The position numbers and the translations under genes were made by a program. This document shows positions 63,746 through 64,000 of a stretch of DNA of 64,000 nucleotides, piece after piece. The notes beneath the pieces are model-generated. The model searched no databases. It was given only the letters and a program-made list of their open reading frames with translations, and was not told the DNA's origin. Position 1 is the stretch's first letter, and each line of letters starts with the position of its first letter. The DNA is from Octopus sinensis. Its lineage: Eukaryota. Where the stretch lies: contig NC_043013.1 in assembly GCF_006345805.1 (NCBI RefSeq), forward strand, positions 50,964,001-51,028,000, in the 5' to 3' direction.

Positions 63746-63906
63746 CAGCGCAGGCGTGGCTGGGAGGTAAGAAGTTTTCTTGCCAAGAAAATTGTTCCGG
63801 GTTCAGTTCCAATGCGTGGGACCTTAGGGAAGTGTTTTCTACTCTAGCCTCGGGCTGGCCAAAGCCTTGTGAGTGGATTTGTTAGGCGGAAACTGAAAGA
63901 TGCACG

Positions 63907-63952
<46 letters not shown>

Positions 63953-64000
63953 ATGTGTTTGTGTGTGTGTATACTTGTGTTTGCAACCCTACCGTGCCGT
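63746..64000 (+). mobile_element. SINE family A copy running off the window end
   Basis: GCGCAGGCGTGGCTGGGAGGTAAG...GGGTTCAGTTCC...AAAGCCTTGTGAGTGGATTT. Confidence 0.8.

Overview
Eukaryotic, AT-rich and extremely microsatellite/retroposon-rich DNA. The SINE families and repeat landscape suggest an octopus (coleoid cephalopod) genome; this is inference, not a database result. The only host gene I can support is the 3' part of a WWOX ortholog on the + strand: four GT-AG-bounded coding exons (7095-7290, 10391-10576, 14853-15111, 28210-28392) encoding the SDR domain to the stop codon. The WW-domain and TGxxxGIG exons are not visible and probably lie upstream of the window. The rest is repeats: three tRNA-headed SINE families, RTE and R4/Dong-type LINE fragments, two decayed mariner transposons, hAT- and Merlin-like MITEs, a non-autonomous Helitron, a Penelope-like RT remnant, and (TA)n/(TACA)n/(AAT)n arrays. 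The most notable hidden signal is five sequence-unrelated but architecturally matching minimal type-I hammerhead-ribozyme motifs (1451, 31608, 31795, 47319, 62548). Together with two ~70-bp-arm foldbacks, mostly near TA-rich tracts, they point to several families of tiny Penelope-like ribozyme-bearing insertions. Nearly all long ORFs in the supplied track are microsatellite artefacts. Repeat boundaries were read by eye and are approximate unless a TSD or TIR is quoted.
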